64,000 nucleotides of DNA from NCBI RefSeq assembly GCF_028368995.1, contig NZ_JAQNDL010000001.1, positions 800,001 through 864,000 on the forward strand, written 5' to 3'. Made by a program: the position numbers and the translations under genes. Shown here in pieces: positions 56,664 to 64,000 of the stretch (positions are counted from its first letter, which is position 1; the number at the start of each line of letters is the position of its first letter). The notes beneath the pieces were generated by a model that saw only the letters and a program-made list of their open reading frames with translations, searched no databases and was not told the origin of the DNA. Origin of the DNA: Nannocystis bainbridge (lineage in GTDB: Bacteria > Myxococcota_A > Polyangia > Nannocystales > Nannocystaceae).

Positions 56664-57875
56664 TCAAGTGCGCTCGAGCACAAGCGCGATCCCCTGACCG
56701 ACGCCGATGCACATGGACGCCAGCCCCCAGCGCACGCGGGCGCGGGCCATGCCGTGCGCCAGCGTCGTGGTGATGCGAGCGCCGGAGCAGCCGAGCGGGT
56801 GGCCGAGAGCGATGGCGCCGCCGCCGGGGTTGACCTTGGCCGGGTCGAGGTCGAGGGCGCGGATCGAGGCGACCGTCTGCGACGCGAACGCCTCGTTGAG
56901 CTCGATCGCCCCGAGGTCCGCCGCCTGCAGGCCGGCCCGCTTGAGCGCGCGGCGGCTGGCCGGCGCCGGACCGATCCCCATGACCCCGGGCGCCACGCCG
57001 GCGTGGCCCCACGCGGCGATGCGGGCCATCGGTCGCAGGCCGAGGTTGTGCGCCTGCTCGGCGCTGGTGATCAGCAGCGCCGCGGCGCCGTCGTTGAGCG
57101 GCGAGCTGTTGCCGGCGGTCACGCTGCCACCGGCCTTGAACACCGGCTTGAGCTTGGCCAGCGCGGCCAGAGTAGTGTCGCGGCGGACGCTCTCGTCGAC
57201 GCTGACGCGCGTCGGATCGGCGCCCTTGGGCCCCGGGATCTCGACCGGCACGATCTCGTTGTCGAACCAACCCTCGTCCTGCGCCGCCGCGGCCTTGGTG
57301 TGGCTGCCGAGCGCCCACGCGTCCTGGTCGGCGCGGCTGACGTGGTAGCGCTCGGCCACGTTCTCGGCGGTGATGCCGAGCGGCTCCGCGCCGTAGAGGC
57401 GCTCCATCGCCGGGTTGGTCATGCGCCAGCCGAGCGACGTGTCGAACAGCTGGGCGTCGCGGGCGAACGCGTCGCCCGCCTTCGGCATCACGTACGGCGC
57501 GCGGGTCATGCTCTCGACGCCGCCGGCGATGTACACCGAGCCCTCGCCGACCATGATGCTCTTGGCCGCCTGGATGATGGCCTCCATGCCGGAGCCGCAC
57601 AGGCGATTGACGGTGACGCCGGGGATCTCGACCGGCAGCCCGGCCAGCAGCAGGGCCATGCGCGCGACGTTGCGGTTGTCCTCGCCGGCTTGGTTGGCCG
57701 CGCCGAAGTACACGTCCTCGAGCTGCTCCATCGCCGGGCTGTAGTGCTCGGCGAGGTGGCGGACCACGTGAGACGCGAGGTCGTCGGGCCGTACCGGCGC
57801 GAGCGCGCCGCGGAGCCGTCCGATCGGCGTGCGGACGGCGGCGACGATGACGGGCGTGCGAGCATCGGAGGTCAT
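56664..57875 (-). CDS. Thiolase (acetyl-CoA C-acyltransferase, PcaF/PaaJ-like)
   Basis: NQAGEDNRNVARM, NRLCGSG, GGVESM, NEAF, GAIALGHPLG, MCIGVGQG. Confidence 0.96.
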   Translation of the reverse strand: MTSDARTPVIVAAVRTPIGRLRGALAPVRPDDLASHVVRHLAEHYSPAMEQLEDVYFGAANQAGEDNRNVARMALLLAGLPVEIPGVTVNRLCGSGMEAIIQAAKSIMVGEGSVYIAGGVESMTRAPYVMPKAGDAFARDAQLFDTSLGWRMTNPAMERLYGAEPLGITAENVAERYHVSRADQDAWALGSHTKAAAAQDEGWFDNEIVPVEIPGPKGADPTRVSVDESVRRDTTLAALAKLKPVFKAGGSVTAGNSSPLNDGAAALLITSAEQAHNLGLRPMARIAAWGHAGVAPGVMGIGPAPASRRALKRAGLQAADLGAIELNEAFASQTVASIRALDLDPAKVNPGGGAIALGHPLGCSGARITTTLAHGMARARVRWGLASMCIGVGQGIALVLERT

Positions 57876-58101
57876 GTCCCTTGGGGGTTATCACGACCGC
57901 CCGCGGGCTCAGGCCACGTTTCAGTTGCGCTCGCTCACGCGAACCGCGCGCCCGCCGTGCGGAGGACGGTCACACGCCGCGAAACCACGCCCCGCCCGGC
58001 TCGCCGCGCCCCCGCCGTGACGCCCGCGCCCGCGGCCGAGCGCCGCATCGGCGGCGGATTTGGTTCCGCGGCGGCGGCGGCGGAGCTACCCTCCCGGGGT
58101 C

Positions 58102-61100
58102 GTGAGTCGCGACGACAACACGCAGCTCTCGCTCGAGGAGGCGATGTCGTTCCGCTCGGGCGACGACCTCACGGGCGACGGCGAGAACCCGCCGTCGCAC
58201 CCGCCCGAGCCCGACCCGGGCGAGAGCGCCCAGTTCGTCAGCTTCGCCGCCGACAAGCGCTTCAACATCGTCCGTCGCGTCGGCGCCGGCGGCATGGGCG
58301 TGGTGTACGAGGCCATCGATCGCGAGCGGGCCCACCCGGTCGCGCTCAAGACCCTGCTCAACGTCAGCCCCGGCGCGCTCTACCGGTTCAAGCGCGAGTT
58401 CCGGGCCCTCGCCGACGTCGCCCATCCGAACGTCATCCAGCTGCACGAGCTGTTCTTCGAGGGCGAGCAGATCTTCTTCACGATGGAGTACATCGACGGG
58501 CTCGAGTTCGTCGAGTACGTGCGCGGCGAGGCCGAGGACCCGACCGACGCCGATCCCGCGGCGCTGGCCGCCGAGCGCGAGCAGGGCTGGGAGCGCCTGC
58601 GGGCCGCGCTGCGCCAGCTGGCCGCCGGCCTCGGCGCGCTGCATGCCGCCGGCAAGCTGCACCGCGACATCAAGCCGTCGAACGTCCTCATCACCCGCGA
58701 GGGTCGGCTCGTCATCCTCGACTTCGGCCTCGTCAGCGACTCGATCACCGAGACCGTGCGCAGCACCGAGGCCGGCGGCGTGGTCGGCACGCCGGCGTAC
58801 ATCTCGCCCGAGCAGGCCGGCGGCCAGCCGGCGTCGGCCGCCTCCGACTGGTACGCCGTCGGCGTGATGGTCTTCCAGGCGCTGACCGGCGAGCTGCCGT
58901 TCAAGGGCCGGGGCCTCAAGATCATGATCGCCAAGCAGGAGCGGGACGCGCCGGTCCCCTCGAGCATCGTCTCGGGCCTGCCCAAGGATCTCGAGGAGCT
59001 GTGCCTCGCGCTGCTGAACCGCGACCCCAAGGCCCGGCCCGGCAGCGCCGAGGTGCTGCAGCGCGTCGGCAGCGGCCCGACCGGCATCCGCCCGCGCGCC
59101 GCCGCCAACCAGGAGCGCGACCTGTTCGTCGGCCGCGAGGGCCAGCTGCGCGCCCTGCAGGACGCCGCCGCCGCCACGCAGAAGGGCCGCGCCGCGCTGG
59201 TCCAGGTCTACGGCCGCAGCGGCATGGGCAAGAGCGCCCTCGTGCGCGAGTTTTTGGCCCGCCTGCAGCGCGGCCCGGCGGTGGTGCTCGCCGGTCGCTG
59301 CTACGAGCGCGAGTCGGTGTCGTTCAAGGCCCTCGACTCGCTGATCGACGCGCTCGCCAAGCACCTGCTGCGCCTGCAAGAGGCCAAGGTCGCCGAGCTG
59401 ATCCCGCGCGACGTCCACGCGCTGGCCCGCGTGTTCCCGGTGCTGCAGCGGGTCAAGGCCGTGACGCAGGCCCCGCGCCGCTCGGTCGACATCCCCGATC
59501 CGCGTGAGCTGCGGCGGCGGGCCTTCGCCGCGCTCAAGGAGCTGCTGGCGCGCCTGGCCGACCGCGCCCCGCTGGTGCTGCACATCGACGACCTCCAGTG
59601 GGGCGACCGCGACAGCGCCGCGCTGCTCGCCGACCTGCTGCGCCCGCCCGACGCGCCGGCCCTGCTGCTGATCGCCAGCTACCGCACCGAGGCCCACAAC
59701 GGCGCGGTGCTCAAGACCCTGCGCGAGGCGGCCCGCGGCGAGCTCGATCTCCGCGAGCTGCACATCGGCCCGCTGTCCGAGGTCGACGCTGAGGACCTCG
59801 CGCAGTCGCTCCTGCCCGCCAACCTGCGCTCGCGGGCCCGCCAGCTCGCGCGCGAGGCCCAGGGCAACCCGCTGTTCGTCAGCGAGCTCGTGCGCCACCT
59901 GCTGGCCACCGGCGAGCGCCCCGGCGAGCGCGGCGAGGTCACCCTCGACCGCGTCCTCCTCACCCGCATCGACGCCCTGCCTCCGCCCGCCCGGCGCCTG
60001 CTCGAGATCGCCGCCGTCGCCGGCGGCCCCGTCGATCTGCGCCTCGCCGGCGCCGCCGCCGGCCTGCCCGAGACCCACGCCGCGCTCGCCACCCTGCGCA
60101 GCGAGCACCTCGTGCTGACCCGCAGCGGCGACAGCGAGATCATCGAGACCTATCACGACCGCGTGCGCGAGCTGGTGCTCGCCGCGCTGCCGCCCGACGA
60201 CCTCAAGGCCCGCCACCGCGACCTCGCCATCGCCATGGAGAACCACGGCGAGCGCGACAGCGACACCCTCGCGCTGCACTACCGCGAGGCCGGCGAGTGG
60301 GAGCGCGCCGGCGACTACGCGCAGATGGCCGCCGACCAGGCCGCCGCCGCCCTCGCCTTCGACCGCGCCGCCCGCCTCTACCGCCTCGCCCTCGAGTTCA
60401 AGCCGCACAGCGACAAGGGCCGCGCCGAGCTCAGCGTCCGCCTCGCCGACGCGCTCGCCAACGCCGGCCGCGGCGTCAAGGCGGCCCGCCTCTACCTCGA
60501 GGCCGCCGCCTCCGAGCCGCCGGCCCGCGCGCTCGAGCTGCGGCGCCGCGCCGGCGAGCAGTTCCTGCGCGCCGGCCAGCTCCCCGAGGGCATGACGACG
60601 ATCCGCCAGGTCCTGGCCGCCGCCGGCATGAGCCTGCCCGCCACCAGCCGCGCCCTCCACACCAGCCTCGCGTGGGAGCGGGCCCGCTGGCGCCTGCGCG
60701 GCCTCGGCCTGCGCGAGCGCGACCCCAAGACCGTAAACCCCGACGACCTCGTGCGCCTGGCCGTGTGCCGGACCCTGTCGTCGAGCCTGTCGGTCCACGA
60801 CCTCCCGCTCACCGCGCTGTTCCAGGCGCGTTATCTCAACCTGGCCTACAAGACAGGTAACATCTTCCACGCCGCCTGCGCGCTCGCGGCCGAGGTCGCG
60901 TTCGTCTCGTCCGGCGGCGAGGCCGACCGCGCCCGCACCGAGAAGCTCGCCAGCGCCGCCCAGGCCATGCTGCAGCGCACCCCCGAGGCGCTGCCGCGCG
61001 GCCTCCTGGCGCTGTCGCGCGGGGTCGCGGCGTTCCACTTCGGCCGCTGGCGCGAGAGCATCGTCCTGCTCGAGCAGTCGGAGCAGATCCTGCGCGGCGA

Positions 61101-61908
61101 GTGCACCGGCACCAACTTCGAGATCGTGTCGGGCCAGTCGCACCGGCTGATCGCCCACTTCCTGCTCGGCGACCTGCGCGTGGTCGGCCAGCGGCTGGCG
61201 ACCTTCATCGCCGAGGCCCGCGACCGCGACGACAGCTGGTCCGACGCGCTGCTGCGCGGCGGGCCGCAGGTCGCCTACTGGCTGGCCGAGGACGACCTCC
61301 TGCGGGCCCGCGCCGAGATCGGCTACGTGCAGCAGCGCCTGCCCGAGGAGTCGCTCGGCGCGCCGCGGCTGTGGACCTTCGTCGGCAGCCTGCTGGTCGA
61401 CTTCTACGGCGACGACCCGGCCGCCCCGTGGGGCCGCGTCGAGCGCGAGTTCGCCGACCTCGAGACCTCGTTCCTGTTCCACAGCCAGTGGGCCCACGTC
61501 GTGCTCGGCTTCCTGCGGGCCCAGGCGGCCCTGCTGCGCCTCGTCTCCGACCACGGCGACAGCGAGCGCGCCGGCCTGGTCCGCCTGGTCGAGCACGAGG
61601 CCTCGCGCCTGGCCCTCGAGACAGCCCCGTGGGCCCGCCCGCTCGGCGAGCTGGTCGGCGCCGGCCTGGCCGCCGTGCAGGGCCAGCGGGAGCGCGCCCT
61701 GGCCGGCCTGCGCGCCGCCGAGCCGGGCCTGCGCGGCGCCGACATGGCGCTCTACGCCGCCGCCGCCCGCCGTCGCCTCGGCGAGCTCACCGGCGGCGAC
61801 AAGGGCGCCGAGCTGATCGCCGCCGCCGACATCGCCCTCGGCGAGCAGGGCGTGCGCCGCCCCGACCGCATGACCCGCGCGCTCCTGCCCGGCTTCCCCA
61901 GCCGCTGA
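58102..61908 (+). CDS. Hanks-type Ser/Thr kinase fused to an AAA/P-loop ATPase and a TPR-like helical region
   Basis: GAGGMGVVY, VALK, HRDIKPSN, DFGL, GTPAYISPE; GRSGMGKS Walker A, IDDLQWGD Walker B, GNPLF. Confidence 0.95.
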   Translation: MSRDDNTQLSLEEAMSFRSGDDLTGDGENPPSHPPEPDPGESAQFVSFAADKRFNIVRRVGAGGMGVVYEAIDRERAHPVALKTLLNVSPGALYRFKREFRALADVAHPNVIQLHELFFEGEQIFFTMEYIDGLEFVEYVRGEAEDPTDADPAALAAEREQGWERLRAALRQLAAGLGALHAAGKLHRDIKPSNVLITREGRLVILDFGLVSDSITETVRSTEAGGVVGTPAYISPEQAGGQPASAASDWYAVGVMVFQALTGELPFKGRGLKIMIAKQERDAPVPSSIVSGLPKDLEELCLALLNRDPKARPGSAEVLQRVGSGPTGIRPRAAANQERDLFVGREGQLRALQDAAAATQKGRAALVQVYGRSGMGKSALVREFLARLQRGPAVVLAGRCYERESVSFKALDSLIDALAKHLLRLQEAKVAELIPRDVHALARVFPVLQRVKAVTQAPRRSVDIPDPRELRRRAFAALKELLARLADRAPLVLHIDDLQWGDRDSAALLADLLRPPDAPALLLIASYRTEAHNGAVLKTLREAARGELDLRELHIGPLSEVDAEDLAQSLLPANLRSRARQLAREAQGNPLFVSELVRHLLATGERPGERGEVTLDRVLLTRIDALPPPARRLLEIAAVAGGPVDLRLAGAAAGLPETHAALATLRSEHLVLTRSGDSEIIETYHDRVRELVLAALPPDDLKARHRDLAIAMENHGERDSDTLALHYREAGEWERAGDYAQMAADQAAAALAFDRAARLYRLALEFKPHSDKGRAELSVRLADALANAGRGVKAARLYLEAAASEPPARALELRRRAGEQFLRAGQLPEGMTTIRQVLAAAGMSLPATSRALHTSLAWERARWRLRGLGLRERDPKTVNPDDLVRLAVCRTLSSSLSVHDLPLTALFQARYLNLAYKTGNIFHAACALAAEVAFVSSGGEADRARTEKLASAAQAMLQRTPEALPRGLLALSRGVAAFHFGRWRESIVLLEQSEQILRGECTGTNFEIVSGQSHRLIAHFLLGDLRVVGQRLATFIAEARDRDDSWSDALLRGGPQVAYWLAEDDLLRARAEIGYVQQRLPEESLGAPRLWTFVGSLLVDFYGDDPAAPWGRVEREFADLETSFLFHSQWAHVVLGFLRAQAALLRLVSDHGDSERAGLVRLVEHEASRLALETAPWARPLGELVGAGLAAVQGQRERALAGLRAAEPGLRGADMALYAAAARRRLGELTGGDKGAELIAAADIALGEQGVRRPDRMTRALLPGFPSR

Positions 61909-61909
61909 A

Positions 61910-61989
61910 CGACCTGTCTGCGCGGGCATGTCCCCACGGACATGCGCTGCGGGACATGTCCTTTCGAGCATGCTCCAGAGAGCGTGTCC
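61910..61989. repeat. 14-bp phased array after the kinase stop
   Basis: CCTG 61913, CATG 61927, 61941, 61955, 61969, CGTG 61983. Confidence 0.93.
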
Positions 61990-62082
61990 CTCCGTTCAGG
62001 CCGCGCTCCGCCGTCGGGCCGCGAGCGTCGCGCTCGTCGCTCCCGCACCCGCGTTCCCCGGCCCGTCAGCGACCGCGCCCGC

Positions 62083-63108
62083 TCACTGCCGCAGCAGCCA
62101 CCAGTCGAACCGCTGCTCTTGCGCGCAGGCGCCCGGCTCGAACGACTGGCCGTTATAGGCCTCGAACGTCGCGCTCGCCAGCTTCACCGACGCGTGCGAC
62201 CCCTGCTCGACCTCGACCGGCTCCTCGCCGACGAAGCGCAGGCGGTACTCGACCGCCTTGTCGGGGCAGCAGTCGCCCGGGTCGGCGCAGCCGCACTCGA
62301 CCCCCGCCGGCACCAGCTGGACCGCCAGCTTGGCCGCCGAGATGCTCTCCACCGCCGGGTCGACCGACACCGTGTCGTGGCCGAGGATCACCAGCGGCGC
62401 CTTCTTCCCCGGCGCGTTGCTGTTGTCCGACCACAGCGCCATCTGCTTGAACTGGCACGGCTGCGGCGCCGGCACGTCGATCGCCCCGTGAGCCGACAGG
62501 TACACGCACATCGAGAGCTCGATCTCCTCCGCCGGCTCGGGGGTGGAGAACCCGAATTGCAGCGTCTGCGAGAAGTTGCAGCCGCTGCAGCCCGCCCCCG
62601 GATCGGCCGAACAGGCGACGGCCGTGACGAACCCGCCCTCGACGCTGATGATCCGGTAGTTGCGCCCCGGGAGGTCGAGGCAGGCCTGCGGCACGAGGCC
62701 GCTCCACTGCCGCGCCCGCAGCTCCGCCGGCCCGTACGCGGTCGCACCGCACGCGGGCAGGGCGTCCTCGGTGGTCGTGCTCGTCGAGCTCGAAGTATCG
62801 CCCGAGCTCGTGGTCGTCGAGGTCGTCGTCAGGTCCGGCCCGCTCGTCACCACGTTGCCGCTGGTCGAAGTCGTCGAGGTCGAGGGGCTCGGATCCTCCG
62901 AGGTGCTCGTCTCCTCGCTGGTGGTCGAGTCCGTCGTCGTCGTCGTCGAAGTGTCCGGCCCGTCGACCGTCGCCCCGCTCGCCTGCCCGCCGCTCGAACT
63001 GCCGGGCCCCTCGGTGACCATGAAGGCAGGGTTGTCTTTCCAGCAGCCGGCGAGCACCAGCCCGCATCCCGCCACCACCGCCGCCCGTCGCCCTGCCATG
63101 CCCCGCAT
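62083..63108 (-). CDS. Lipoprotein with Ser/Thr linker and Cys-rich C-terminal domain
   Basis: Lipobox LAGC-WKDNPAF; TATCGT 6 nt upstream of ATG 63108. Confidence 0.85.
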   Translation of the reverse strand: MRGMAGRRAAVVAGCGLVLAGCWKDNPAFMVTEGPGSSSGGQASGATVDGPDTSTTTTTDSTTSEETSTSEDPSPSTSTTSTSGNVVTSGPDLTTTSTTTSSGDTSSSTSTTTEDALPACGATAYGPAELRARQWSGLVPQACLDLPGRNYRIISVEGGFVTAVACSADPGAGCSGCNFSQTLQFGFSTPEPAEEIELSMCVYLSAHGAIDVPAPQPCQFKQMALWSDNSNAPGKKAPLVILGHDTVSVDPAVESISAAKLAVQLVPAGVECGCADPGDCCPDKAVEYRLRFVGEEPVEVEQGSHASVKLASATFEAYNGQSFEPGACAQEQRFDWWLLRQ

Positions 63109-63467
63109 CCTGCGACGATACCTGTCACATTCCGGCAAGGCGCGGGCGTCCTGGAGCCGGACCCCCGCGTGAGCCACCTCTGTGCGCCGCCCGGGGCGTT
63201 TTCGCGGCAAAACCGACGTTCCAGCGCGCTCTGCGTTCGCAAATCCGGGCCACACCGGGCCCGATCCATCCACCGACCCGAGCGCGATGACGAATGCCAC
63301 CGATTTCGCGCGCCGAGAGCTCGGCTCGCCGGCAATGGCGATGCTGTCTCTCGGGACATCCATTGCGATGCCGCATGCGCACCCGGGCCCGACTCGCGGT
63401 CACCGCCGCCCGCGCGCGCACCCCTCGTGCCCCGCGGCGCGCCCGAGCGCACGAGCACCCGGGCGCG

Positions 63468-63610
63468 CCCGCACATCGTGCTCCGCGGCGCTCCTGGACG
63501 CGCGAGCACCTCGTGCTCCGCGGCGCTTCAAGGCCCACGAGCATCCCGATCTCCGCGGCGCTCCCGGGCGTGCGAGCACCTCGGGCCCCGCAGCACTTCC
63601 GGGCCCACGT
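63468..63610. repeat. Four imperfect 35-bp tandem repeats with an internal hairpin
   Basis: GCAC(A/C)TCG / GCATCCCG units at 63471, 63506, 63541, 63576; GAGCACCTCGTGCTC inverted repeat in the best copy. Confidence 0.75.
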
Positions 63611-63928
63611 CGACGCCGCGCACCCTCCCCACGTCAACCCCGCAGCAGCCCGGATCCGCGGCTCTCGCGTGCGCCCGGCCTATGCATCGACATGTCTCTC
63701 AAGACATCTCAAATTCCATACGTCTCCGTCCATTCCTTCGTCGATCACACGCCTGCCCGATCGCCCCAGCCGGGCGGCTGTCGACGCCCCCGCACGTTGC
63801 GAGTGCGCGCATACACGCCCCTCCGCGAGGTCGCCCGACACCGCCCGACCCGACCCCGCAGCCCCCTCCTCCCCGCAATTGATCGCCTCTTGACTGGCGG
63901 CCCCTCATTCACCGCCCAACTCCTGGGC

Positions 63929-64000
63929 ATGCGACGATTCACCCTCGCGCTCGCTGTGGCTCTCGGCGCCGGCCTCGCCCTCGGCGGGGTCGCCGGCGCG
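63929..64000 (+). CDS. Start of an exported protein, truncated by the window edge
   Basis: MRRFTLALAVALGAGLALGGVAGA signal peptide. Confidence 0.65.
   Translation, partial: MRRFTLALAVALGAGLALGGVAGA

Noticed and set aside
7818-61989. RRRCATGYYY equals the eukaryotic p53 half-site consensus
   Set aside because: The match is real at the consensus level, but nothing here encodes a p53-like protein and the DNA is clearly bacterial; treated as coincidence or convergence.
1-64000. tRNA, rRNA, transposase, integrase or prophage genes
   Set aside because: None recognised by eye; tRNAscan-SE/Infernal/ISEScan would be needed to exclude them formally.

Overview
Very GC-rich bacterial chromosomal DNA, almost certainly a myxobacterium of the Nannocystis type. 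This is inferred from MYXO-CTERM tails, Myxococcus Cys-rich (DUF4215-type) repeats, many Ser/Thr-linker lipoproteins and a MXAN_2562-type beta-barrel. I support about 55 CDS. They include sppA, two tandem MYXO-CTERM metzincin-like paralogs, a D-amino acid oxidase, cysD and cysNC (split by a 5.8 kb insert), an ExbB/ExbD-like trio, a TonB-dependent receptor, a plant-type cyclopropylsterol isomerase (CPI1) homolog, a Nat/Sat-like acetyltransferase, an XPB-helicase/DUF790 (Bax1) pair, an M36 protease, a thiolase and a Ser/Thr kinase-ATPase. I saw no rRNA, tRNA, CRISPR array or transposase. The most striking unexplained signal is a dispersed family of phased arrays of the palindromic decamer RRRCATGYYY, repeated with an exact 14-bp period and variable 4-bp spacers. 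By eye there are about 25 clusters of 2-7 units, mostly just after stop codons but also inside coding sequence. Other notable signals: an 80-bp triplication forming a chain of three translationally coupled 28-aa mini-ORFs between XPB and DUF790, and many genes with a TANNNT box 6-10 nt before the start codon (leaderless mRNA signature). All calls come from reading motifs by eye; no database searches were run.
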